Below, in pieces: positions 47,041 through 59,911 of a DNA stretch of 64,000 nucleotides (position 1 is the first letter of the stretch; every line of letters begins with the position of its first letter). A model generated the notes under the pieces. That model worked only from the letters and a program-made list of their open reading frames with translations, did not search any database and was not told the DNA's origin. A program made the position numbers and the translations under genes. Source of the stretch: Glycera tridactyla (Eukaryota); NCBI GenBank assembly GCA_965644265.1, contig OZ286467.1, positions 30,380,001 to 30,444,000 on the forward strand, read 5' to 3'.

Positions 47041-48040
47041 ATATCTCACAAGCCAATTCCACTGATAGCCATTTAGACTGGGTTCTACACGGATGTAGGT
47101 ACTCTTGATGTGATCCACAGACTATAGATGATTGTAACACACTTCCTAGATATCCAAGATGTAGATTATAGACTCGCTTTGATTCCAAACAGCTCTCAGC
47201 GGTTTCCCTAACTACTCCACTCTATCCAGATACTGTTGAACGTAGGGCAGGCTGGAGACGTGATGGGGGATGACTTCAGGATCACTCATTTGTGGCAGTT
47301 ATCATAGAAGATGGTTCGCTCTGGTTCATCATAGAAGAAGGACGAGTAGATGTAGAGTTTCAATCTTTATTCCACACACTTCACAACAAGTATATAGATA
47401 ATACAGTTGTTTCAGAAGGTGGGGAGAGCGTGGAAAGCAGATACTTCTTCACAGCAGTACGACCAACGGCAGCGTAGAATTCCCAAGGCGATCTGCTTTC
47501 CCCACGCTCCCCACGAGATATTTATACTGGACTCACATGAGTCCAATCAACCAATCATAAGACCCCAGGGGACTTGTAACCATGCGGATCTTATTTGGCA
47601 AAGAGTATTTCCTTCTAAATCATGTTTGTTGCTGATGAGTCATAGGGCCTACGCCCAGTTACCACTTCGCGCCGGAAACGGATCAATGTTGGCAATTGGC
47701 CAACCACAATAATTCTGACCAATGGTCGGCCGGTTGGCACGTGATATACGTATGATATGTACGTGATACCCTCGGCGCGCCTGCGCAATATGGACATGCC
47801 TATAAATGATTGGTCATGATTGGCTAGCGTCTCGGGGGACTCCATGTAATAGAAGTTTAGTAGAGTTCTATCCCCAGATATTCGGGTCCTACACAGGCAG
47901 TCTGCCAAATTCTGTATAACACTGTGCCAGCTAGCGCCTGATCTTGTAACCCTAATCTCTCCTAATGCAAGTTGTTTGAAATTCTGTAGATATAGTTTAT
48001 CAAATGTTTTAGATCATGAAATTCTCGCTGAGAAATAGTA
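47040..48040 (-). repeat. 5' LTR
   Basis: Direct repeat of 30326-31319 at offset 16714; the outer terminus is diverged. Confidence 0.95.
47521..47526 (-). promoter_or_regulatory. TATAAA box of the 5' LTR, with upstream CCAAT boxes (~47695, 47810, 47820)
   Basis: Motif order CCAAT - TATA - AATAAA along the minus strand fits U3-R-U5. Confidence 0.6.
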
Positions 48041-51000
48041 TCATTCAATTTTCATTACATGTTTTACGTATTCAATTGTGTGTGTATTTGCTTCGTCACC
48101 CTGAGGATGTGCGCATTGTCCATACTCGTGTATGAATGTATTGACTAAGATAAATTATGTGTGAAGAAAATAATCATCACAGCTCGAAAATGGTCATTGT
48201 ACAGGCTGATCGAAGCAATATCATGTGAGGAATGAGATGTGGATCGATCACTGTCGAGTACGTTTTTCGCCCGAGCATTTCAAATCAGATCGAAATGAAA
48301 CTTACACACAGACATTTCCGACATCGACGTCGACGAGTAATGTAATTTTGGCAAGGTTCCCTTGTATACTTGACATCGGAGCACCAAATATTTCGATTTC
48401 ACATTGGTTTTGCGGCATGTGCGGCGGCCACTTTCTCACATACAAATATAAGATTTAGAGTACGATAAGAACATTATCAATTTACTCCTCGATTGATTAA
48501 TGCAGTACTGCTGTTGTGAATGGATACACTTTTCTAATTAAGCAACAATTCAGAATATATCAAGCAAAAAAAAGGCTGTTTGCCTATTGGCATCATTGCA
48601 TCACACAATTACAATCTCTGCAATCTCTGCGATGTAAGATGATATTTCTTATCCTGATTCTGGCTGTTTTTCATCGATTTCCCAGACAAATACGAATTGC
48701 TGTGTACAGCAGTAGGTGATAAAACCGATGAAACAGAACATGTTTTCTTGGATGTCTTCATATATGAGTCACTTCCTTCATCAACGTTCCGTGAACATTC
48801 TCGTGGACCGTCAGTGCTTTGACTGAGCGAAATGAAGAGGGAAATGAAATCAAAGCAGATGCCGATTATGATCTGAACCTAATGATGCTTTCAAAGACAA
48901 GGGGTACTATTATAAATGCAGGCTGAAGTGTCTGGAGTTCGAATGAGGTGACTCTCACATAACTGTTCCTCAAGATGTGTATTCGTCTAATCATTCAGCT
49001 CCGAACTTCACTAAGAGTGGAAATCACACCAGGAGGTTCACCTATCGAATGACAATGATAATGGTAATGATAACCATGATATGATCCATGATATATACAT
49101 CCAAGACATGCCATGAAGAAAGTGAATATGGTCAGCAGGTTGGATATCACATTGGCAAATGTATGATTTCAACAAGAATAGTATTTCAGTGCTCTTTGCG
49201 CGACTTTCTCCATGTCCTTGTGAATGCACCTACCGGAGGTTCGAATCAATATTTTCCATGATTTACCCATGTGAATATCCATGAGAAGCTCGCATATCAC
49301 ATCCGACCCAGCTGGTTAACAGAAACATTGTGTGTGATAATATCATGGCCGTTCAAGAGAGGATGGAATATAGCTAACAGATTGTACCCTTGAGAGACGA
49401 GAAAAGTTGTCAGGGGACCCATGAGATAGCAACCCAGAAGAGAAAACTTGATAGATGCATATATCACTTTCTTCTGCAGTACATTCGATGGTGACACCCG
49501 GCAACCCAGCAGATATTTGTCATCCCATATCACACGGNNNNNNNNNNNNNNNNNNNNNNNNNNNNNNNNNNNNNNNNNNNNNNNNNNNNNNNNNNNNNNN
49601 NNNNNNNNNNNNNNNNNNNNNNNNNNNNNNNNNNNNNNNNNNNNNNNNNNNNNNNNNNNNNNNNNNNNNNNNNNNNNNNNNNNNNNNNNNNNNNNNNAGA
49701 CACCGGAATGGATTTTGTGTACTAACTACGTCATGACGTCACTTTTGATGTCGCATCCTGTCACCAGGTGGTTCCAGGTGTCATCAAAACAGCACAATGC
49801 CTCTGTGACATCACAGAGGCAGATATTGTCCATTGTTACCTGATCACCATCTCAAATCTCCTGTAATTCAATACATTCATTTGAATTCACTTGAATTATA
49901 TGGATACTTTCTGTATCTCAATACCCCTGAATGAAAGCATTATTCCACCCTCATCCACGAGAAATGTAATGATGTAATGCAGGTGCCTTTGTAAATGAAG
50001 GCGTTTGGGTGGTGTGTATGAACATTGCGTCTGGGGAGGTTTGTTAGGATCATGCATTTTGGCAGGTCTCCAATTATAGCTCAAAGTCCCAGTTTTCGGA
50101 TTAGATGCAGTGTGTCCTACCGAGGGATAAAAAGATCAGGTGGCAAGGCAAGGAGGGTTCCATCCTCAAAGGGATCTAAAATATGTGTTGGGCGTATCTT
50201 TTATCCAACCAAAATAACCACACTACAAATCAGAATTTCTGCATAGATATGGAAGACAAATTTCAAATTTCTATAAACAAATAGATGGATAAATGAAATA
50301 AATGAGTATATATATGTATATATGATGTAGGAAATCGAATCCAACTCTGTCACACGCTGGTTCTAGTTGGTATTTTGTCATTGAATCAATTTCTTAATTT
50401 ATATCGACAGGACCTGGTCGAGAATCTTGAAATAAAATCCGAAAGTTCAGAAAAGGATGACATGATGTTCTTCCGTACTATATTGAGGTAAATGGTAATG
50501 TGTGACTGTTCGGCAGCCAATCAAAGATATTCATCAGATTACGACTGGTTTGCATCTGCACAGATTGAATATCAAGTGGTTCTTCATTTGTGACTACGCC
50601 CACGACATGGAATGGAGGTTGAAAAGACACATCCTTGCAGTTTGATTATCTAAGAAACATACTATGTATTTCATTCTCACTTCTTTCCAGGCCAAGGACA
50701 GATTCACTTCTAATGCATGAGGAGCGAAAGGATTAGGCGAGAATACATAATCTGCATACATGCATCGTTGAGTCAATATATGTCATAAAGCATCAAACTA
50801 TCTTGAACCCCCCGGGATTTGTCCATGTCTGATAGATGAGTGCAAAACTTCTTGTCTAGCAAGAAGACAGTGTTTATTGTATTGGCAGATCGTCTTGGGA
50901 ATTGTCTGCATCCGATGAACACGTTACTCATGAAGTTATTCACGATGCCATGAGCAATATACTAGGATGGGAAATGCTGTTCATATTCATCATGGTCTGA

Positions 51001-51074
51001 TAGTAGCTAGTTTTCCACATGGTAAATATTGACGAAATTGACTCATTGGACATTTATACGGTTCATGCTGACCC

Positions 51075-51207
51075 TGGTGATGATCGATGATGATGATGAT
51101 GATGATGATGATGCTGCTGCTGTTGCTGCTGCTGATGATGATTATAATGATGATGATGATAATTATGGTAATGATAATGATGATAGTAAGGATGATGATG
51201 ATGGTAC

Positions 51208-51260
<53 letters not shown>

Positions 51261-51262
51261 TT
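51075..51262. repeat. (GAT)n microsatellite
   Basis: Direct sequence. Confidence 0.95.
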
Positions 51263-54200
51263 GATGTATCTGGAAAATGGTGCCTACTAGTCTGCCATTG
51301 ATACGTCACATCTCCTCATCTTGGCATGCCGTCATTAGCTAGGGGGTTGCTAGATCAGATGGTCACTTGATAGGCAAAGGATGACGAGGATCATCCAATT
51401 CGAAAAACCGAAGCCATGCACAAAGTAAGCAGTCAGGGTGGTTTCCTCGAACAGGAAGAGTTCATGCTTATCAGCTTGTACCCAGTACACCTATAATAGA
51501 ATGGCCTCAATTGCAGTAACTGAACAGAAACACTCGATGAATATTATCACGATTGTATCGGTGATAGGCGGCATCCTATGTTTCTATCCCCATCATATTT
51601 GGTGTTAGAATGTGAGCCAAAGATGATCAAAAATGCACTTTAACTGTTAATCTGTCTCCATGTACATGTCCAAATTGCGCCTGGCCTCAGCATATGAGAT
51701 GAACACAATCAAAGAATCCCCCTTTCATTCTCACACTGCATTTTTCTTGAGCTTTATTGGAAATAGCTGACTGGCATCCTATTTCTATTTTCACGCTGTC
51801 CCTGATCTAAGAATGTGAGGTGAATGTGATGACAAATGTACTCCACAAATGAAATCTAGTTGACATCCTATTTACTTCCATATCACCTTGCACCTGGTCT
51901 CAAGAATGTGAGCCGAGCATGGTAAAAATCTTTGCTGACCTGTACTCATCTTCATAACGACTTCACCCTACCTATCTACAAAGACCTCACCGGAAATATA
52001 AACGTTCACCATCGGAAAGACAACTATAGTAACCAATTTTGGACTTGAACCCCCAATGAGTGTTGTTTATGTAAATAGAGCTTAAACAAAGATTACAGAC
52101 ACAGATTCAGGGGAGTACTATTCTAGCGAACATTATTCCTTGCATCCGCCATTTTAGGGAGAATGCCAAGTCACAGTCCGGGAAAATCCCTACCTCAATA
52201 GAACTATTGCCCATTTCTTGAGCCAAGTACGATGTCCATGTGTTATTTTGGATGTTGTGAGGAACGTTCATCATATGACATTGAAGATTTTTGTAGCAGG
52301 TACAAGTCGGAATTCATAAACACCACCTAATATATATATGGAGAGAGAGAGGAAGAAAAAGGAGAGGGAGAGAAAGGGGAGCGAGCGAGAGAATGATAGA
52401 AAGGGAGAGAGAAAAGGAGGGAGAGAGACAGAGAGAGAGAGAGGAAGGTCGAAAGAGACTCATCATATCGCATATATATCTATATATTGAAAGATTCGAA
52501 TGAGAAAGGTAATAATGAATTTATGGATGAATAAACTCTACTTCCGCTCGTGAAAACATATTTATATTAACACAAACACAAACACATCTGCCGGAGCTAA
52601 ATCATGAAATGAGTTGGGACGACTCCAAAATATTGACACCTGTGGATGGGAACCAAAGAAAGTTAGGGTATATAGCCATATGCTCGATTCTCTTGATATA
52701 GGCTACAACCCAGAGTGAACTAGTCTCTCAATCACTGTAGGCGAGATAAATGTCTTCAAATTAAGATGCTACTGTTCGTTTATACGCTGCGGGGTGGGGG
52801 ACATGGGGTGGTGTGCAGTTTAAGAGTCCCCAAATCTATATGACAAGACCAACGTTTTTGGAAGGCAGGGTTAGAGATTCCTTATGGTTAGGGTTAGGAC
52901 TAGTTAGCGTTGGAGTCAGGTTTGACTATCATTTTGATCGTAGCAAAAAATTCCAGTCTATGTAGAAACTCGGCATGGATGCCAAAAAAAGCATGCCTGG
53001 TAACACACATCTCCTCTGCTAGTGATTGTGAGAGAGATTAATTCGAATTTCCTGCCATTCAAGTGGGCGCCACTTTCATCCAGTCCACCTGCTGCTCACT
53101 GTGTTGAAATGGCTGGGATGGGGATATCTTATCCCCCAAACCCAATCATTAAACATGTGAATCTCACTTATGAATCACTAAATCATACAATCAAACCCTT
53201 TAATGCCTCCCAAGATTAAAATGCCTCAACGTATACTCATAATGCTCAATTCAACATCAGTTAAAAAAAAATGAAATCAGATGAAAGGTAGAGAGTATTC
53301 ATATCATTAGCAGTATCAAACCTGATAAAGAGTCAACATTGAACATGAACTGGCAGGAAATTCCTAGAAGCAGGAGCCATTTTCATGAAAAGTAGACTTA
53401 TAAAGAGCTTTACAAGTAATCCATACAAAGAAGCCTTCACAACAACCATGGCAAGTTACATGGGAATCAGAGCAGTTTATCACCATCTATTGGCATGCCG
53501 AAAAAAATGTTGAAATTTGTGCCATTTTTTGTCATCTAATCTGCAATCCCAAGTGGCAGTGGTAAGAAGATGGATGCCCGCAAGGCAGGCATCCTTGAAA
53601 ATGGGGAACTTCTTGAGTGCATGTGCCGCGGAACATGCAAGCGAACACTGTTGTCATATCAGGAAAGTTGGTTAGAATGATTCCACTCAACAAAAGAGGC
53701 GGAGCCATAGCTACACACAACTCACTTCATAAATAACACTTTCGTGAATCTGAGCATTCTGTGCGTGCGAAGCACATGTAGATGTGGTGTGTTATGGGCA
53801 ACATAACTTACTTAGGGGCAAAAAAGTGCACACCATTGTGGTGTCTTCTCTACGAAACTCATGGAGAGATGATTACGGATAAAAAGCATGACACAAATTG
53901 ATGTGATTTCGAAGAAAAACATCCATTGACCCAGTGTCTTCTCGGCGATAAATGCAGAGGTGTGACTCGGGATGAGATGATCCATCAGCTCCTTGTTCCG
54001 TAGGCGAAACACAACAGAATGATAATCCAGATGGTGAAAAATACACACGACACGAGTGTTTTCAGCAGAATAAAAGAAATGACTGTAATTTAAAGAAGAC
54101 AAACTGATACTGAGAAAAAATTACCTGGGATTGAAAGAAAACATCTGCCAATCCAGTGTTTGTGTTGCAAGATGGATAGGAAAGATTTTTGATCATGAAA

Positions 54201-54804
54201 ACACGCACCTCTGTGTTTTTCCAGCAGAAAAATAAAACATTGAATTGAGATAGGAAAGAGAACCTGATACAAAGATCAAACGAAAACCTACACTAATCAG
54301 CGTTTGCTCTGCAAGACGAAAAGGAGAGACTCTGTATACAAAAACATGAAACAACTGAATGTTTTGTCAGCTAGACACTGATGATGAATCAAGCTAGCTC
54401 CCATTATTAGCCTACAGCTCGCTCATGTACGGCCCATCTATCCTCATGCTTTTTCAAGAGGATTGATCGGGCGTATTTCGCTCCTGTCCACTCCTATAAA
54501 ATTTGGCATCTGATATCTCAGAGTTGTGCTCGACCTGTGCAGACCATCAGCACTGCCTGACAGAGTAGGGGGATGGCAAAGAGGGGCATAGTAGGAGAAA
54601 ATGCAGTGAGAAAAAGGAGGAGGGGAGGTGAGGGAGGGAGACATCGTTTTGGAGAGGAAGGGATGGAGAGAGAACGAGAGAGGGAAAAAAGAGAGGGAAA
54701 GTGGGGGAGATATTGGAACATTGAGCGAATTACAGAGGGGAAGGTCCTCTACTCTCTGTCTCTTTCTGTCTGTCTATCTGTCTAATTGTCTTTAACTTTC
54801 TCTC

Positions 54805-54865
54805 TTTTTCTTCTTTTTCTTCTTCTTCTTCTTCTTCTTCTTCTTCTTCTGTCTCTCTCTCTGTT
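54805..54865. repeat. (CTT)n/(CT)n microsatellite
   Basis: Direct sequence. Confidence 0.9.
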
Positions 54866-57800
54866 TCACTCCCTCTCTCCATGTACTACGAAATTCTCCG
54901 TTCTTAGACACTAAGACAGCATTGTCATGAACTGATCTGTGTGCCAGTCATATCTGGTGAGATGTGCAAAATATCCATTTCAAAAGTTCATGAATCGGGC
55001 AATTGATTTCTTTTTGCCGATAACTGACGAAGCAAACTCTTTATAGCTCATCCAAAGTAGTCCTCTCATGTTCACATCATCAGGGATCCGCGAGATCTAT
55101 TTGTGGGGTTACCAAGTCGGATATGTTTCCTTTCACTGTATCTTCATGAATCCTCGTTTTTATGACACAGATATTGTTGAAGACATACGTGATGAATATT
55201 AGAGAAGGCTCAGGATGCGCTCCACTCCCTTACTAATTTTCTGCACTGACACTTGGAGCAGATAGAGGGCGCCGAGAACTAATGGAACCAGACTTTTCTC
55301 CCCAGGCTCTTTCTCCCAATCTCCCTCTCTCATCGACGGAATTCTTCACTATGCGCCTTGGCGCTCTCGTTGAATTATATGAACTGTTGAGAAGAATTCG
55401 CTGGTCGTAGAACAGCGAGAGGCAGATTGAAGACATCATCAAGATCCAAGGTAGAATGCCGGATAATTGTGCAGATAAAGCATAATGGCTGAGGTCTGAA
55501 GACAATCAAGTTTGCATGCGGTCGTCGGTTGAATAATCGTTCATTGTGGCGGTTCTATTAGTGGCGGTAGAGGTGGTGAAGTTGGTTGTGGAGTTGGAGA
55601 TTGTGGTGTTGGTGGTTCGATGAATAATGATGGTGGCATTATTGTTGCGAATGATGGCGGGTAGTAATGGTGGTGTTGTTACCAGTCTAGGTAGTAGCAG
55701 TGGCCATATTTGTGGGAAAACTATGCCGGACTGCCACAGACTGAGATGAAGATGTTCTCTGCTTCCTTACCATGCCCATGCCTTTATTGGTCTAACATTC
55801 AGATATGGCCTCCAGGGTGGGGATTTTTGTTCTCATGCCTTGCTAGAACCATTCATACTAATCAGTGATCAGCAATCAGTGATGATGATGAGTATTTGCT
55901 TGCCTCCAGCATGCTTTCTCCTGATTTGAAACTACCATTGGTACCTCCATATTTTAACAGCAACATCACCAATCAAGAGAAGTAGTTCGAGCTATACCGG
56001 GGAGTATTGCAGGTAATATATTTACCACTTTATTACATGGGAAATTTTTCAAGTGTCGCATAATTTCCAATCTATCACAGCCTAATGCAAGCTAATGTTG
56101 GAAAAATAATCACACCTTCCACTCCAGTCCTAACACGCGTATAGCACGATTATACATTATGATTGCTCAATTTTTCGTCCTGAATATATTTTCAAAGTGA
56201 TATTCGAGACGATGGTATTCGTGATAAATGTCTTCCAAGGTTTATTAGAGAGGAATACCGCAGCCTAATAAGGTGTTTCCATCCATTTCTCATTGTGTAA
56301 ATGCTGGAATGATGCAGATAACAAGGATTTCCACCAAGTCGCGACTAATGAGGGTCAATCAGTGTGGCATGGCTAGACCTGGTCGGTGAACTCCATAAAA
56401 TCCGCATATTGCGCGTAAGTTTCGCACGATATATCCACTTTTTTCATCTTATCTGAGTTTTGATTGCACGTATGTATTGAATGTCTTCCAGCAAATTTCG
56501 AAGCTGGTCTCAGGTCCTCGGTATGCTTCTGAAGAGGATTATGCCAGCATTTGATTGCATTTGTTCGGCAAATCCGCCGGCATTATAGACGAAGATTTGT
56601 ATTTGAAACAGTGGGGATAGGTCGCAACATTTACCACGGAACAAGCGTGAAATCGTCATTCTTGGAGCTCTAGAGTGAATTTTACATGGGAACCTCTCTT
56701 TGATCACATTTCTAGTCACCACAGATGTCAAAAATGTCTGTTAGCATGTTCCATTTGAAATAGATGGAAATTCGCGTTTCTAGGGAGTAAGACATGCACA
56801 TCACGATTCAACTTGACGGATTTTCTTAGCAGATAGGATTGTATCTCAACATTGGCACCCTTATCATGATGCTGATTATGATAACAAACAAGAAGATAAG
56901 AATGTTGTTGCCATCCTGGTGAGTGATTAGCACTAATTAGTGTATGGTGAGGGGAGACCACACCTATTTGATCACCATTGAGGTTGAAAAGAAAGGAAAA
57001 ATATCACGGATCTGTTTTTTTATGGAGGCCATTTGAAAACTCAAGATTGTGGCCATATGCCCATTGATGATGAATGAGTAGCTGCTCTTCGAGTCAGTGC
57101 TTCTGGGTCAATACATACCCTGTATGTTCATGCTGCTTCAGTTATGCCTACTACGATGAAAGAAACACTTGTGTAGCAGCACTGTGCAATGAGCATCACA
57201 TGAATGGATTTCCTGGTGGGCATCTGTCCCAGTTCCATCCATCACATGGATTATAAAATATTTGGTCGTATTTGGTCTATCAATGAGACATAACTCAAAT
57301 ATAGTGGAATCAAGAACCAGCTGAAGGCTTGTGAAGTCAATATAAAGAAATTGTCTTTTGACTTTTTGAGTGGGATTTGGGGAATAATAGGAGGACCTCC
57401 AGAGAAAGAGCAGGTATTTCTTACTCTTGTATGCTGGTAAACCTTGCTTCAAACTAGTTGCATAGATTTCCTGCAACAATTCTGCAAAATATCCATTATA
57501 TGACAGTTTTAAGAGTTGTAAAAGGACCTCCAATGTATTGACAATGTATTTGTTTACATAAGGATGAACAACATGTTTGAATAATGAGAGAACAGGTATC
57601 TCGAATTGATGAAGAGCTAACATTTTGTCAATTAATGACCGGTCTCAGTCGACGGAGCAATTCTGATCTGGACTTGAACGAACTTGATACATAGGTATGG
57701 GACTAACATCCAGAGTTCAAGGTAACGAAAGTTATCAACCGTTTTCAGGTCAAGTACATTGTAAACTTTCATTACGAGTTGACAGAAAAACATTCCCACA

Positions 57801-59263
57801 TCCCAAAATCAACACTTAATTTATTCCAAGCTAGCTGGTGTTGTCTGGCAGTTCAGACTGATTACTAAATATTTGATTATTTCGTGTTGGGTCGGGAAAT
57901 GATATGCACATCATCAAATTGATGGAATCATCCTGTGGTGCAATTGAAACGCATTTGTTTTCTCTAAAAATGGTCTGCTTTCAAGAGTTGAACAGGTCTA
58001 TTTGGACGCGATGAAATATGAGACTAGGTTCATTGCTGGTATCTGAAATAATCAATATACGAAAGGAGTTAGCATTAATATTGTAAATAGATGCCAAGTC
58101 TTTCTTTCATAAAACGCTCCTGTTGGTTCTACCTACCATGGAAGCTATGGTTATTGTTGATGTCGAGGAGAGAGTGGTGGTTTTGTTTTGAGATGAATGC
58201 TTTTGCCATCAGTGCTGCGCTTGTGTATATATGTCTGATGGTGGTATTGATGAGGTACGTGGATAGGGAGAGTTTCGGTATATGGCATACATACCCATAC
58301 ACAAAGATGTCTAGAATACCTAAAAGTTTCCGAAAAATTCGGATACAACAGCTGGTGCTGGCTTTGGAGGTTTGGGTTACATTTGGAGAGATAACAAATA
58401 GTTTCCTCCCTTCTCTGCACTGGTTTGAAAAACCCTCTTAAAACACCCCAAGAACTAGCCATTCAAAGTATCGCTAACTTTGGGTAACTTCTTGGTGAGT
58501 GAGGCTGCAATGCTGATGTNNNNNNNNNNNNNNNNNNNNNNNNNNNNNNNNNNNNNNNNNNNNNNNNNNNNNNNNNNNNNNNNNNNNNNNNNNNNNNNNN
58601 NNNNNNNNNNNNNNNNNNNNNNNNNNNNNNNNNNNNNNNNNNNNNNNNNNNNNNNNNNNNNNNNNNNNNNNNNNNNNNNNNNNNNNNNNNNNNNNNNNNN
58701 NNNNNNNNNNNNNNNNNNNNNNNNNNNNNNNNNNNNNNNNNNNNNNNNNNNNNNNNNNNNNNNNNNNNNNNNNNNNNNNNNNNNNNNNNNNNNNNNNNNN
58801 NNNNNNNNNNNNNNNNNNNNNNNNNNNNNGGTGGTAGTAGTGGTGGTGGAGGTGCAAAGGGCGGCGCCATCAGTGGAAAGCAGCTTAAGCAATTACGATG
58901 ACAGCATCGCAACCTATACCTCAACTCATAACCATGTCGAAGGTGTGATAGATTATGCTACCAGTCCATGCTTCAAAGCTGCATTATACACACAGCAGAG
59001 CTTTAAGAACTTTCCTATCAGGAAGACCAAAATCATAATCACCTTGATGCTGCAAAAAATTGCATGATCAACAATTGAATTGCTTATTCTATCCGAACCA
59101 CATGATTCACATCAATACCCACACCCCCACACAGTCACACTCACAAATACATACAAGACGAATGATACCGAGTAGGGTGAAGTAATTCAAGATGAAGGCA
59201 TCCACTGTTTTCATGTCTGTCAAGGTGATAAGAATAGCCTAAATAGACAGGTGAGGCCACAAT

Positions 59264-59911
59264 GCAATCACTTGAATGTCTCCTACTGGCCATCACACAG
59301 ATGTCTCCTGCTGGCCATCACACAGATGACTCCTACTGGCCATCACACAGATGTCCCCTGCTGGCCATCACACAGATGTCCCCTGCTGTCCATCACACAG
59401 ATGTCTCCTGCTGGCCATCACACAGATGACTCCTACTGGCCATCATACAGATGTCACTTGCTGGCCATCATACAGATGTCTCCTGCTGTCCATCACACAG
59501 ATGTCTCCTGCTGTCCACCACACAGATGTATCCTGCTGGCCATCACACAAATGTCTCTTGCTGCGCATCACACAGATGTCTCCCGCTGGCCATCACACAG
59601 ATGTCCCCTGCTGTCAACCACACAGATGCATCCTGCTTGCCATCACATAGATGTATCTTGCTTGCTATCACACATATGTCTCCTGCTGTCCATCACACAG
59701 ATGTCTCCTGCTGTTCATCACACAGATGTCTTCTACCGTCAATCACACAGATGCATCCTGCTTGCCATCACATAGATGTATCTTGCTTTCTATCACACAT
59801 ATGTCTCCTGCTGTCTATCACACATATGTCTCTTGCTGGCCATCACACAGATGTCTCCTGCTGTCCATCACACAGATGAGTCCTGCTGGCTATCACAAAG
59901 ATGTCTCCTGC
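59264..59911. repeat. 25-bp minisatellite array, orthologue in copy B
   Basis: Same unit. Confidence 0.95.

Larger units (their letters stand above)
30324..48040 (-). mobile_element. Enveloped Ty3/gypsy LTR retroelement (errantivirus-like ERV), ~17.7 kb
   Basis: Paired LTRs, PBS-like TGG.., PPT, gag, PR-RT-RH-IN order and env. The right boundary is uncertain by a few bp. Confidence 0.96.

Noticed and set aside
57138-57623. 161-aa minus-strand ORF as a functional gene
   Set aside because: The frame is not kept in the paralogue (9552-9752); at most pseudogene debris.
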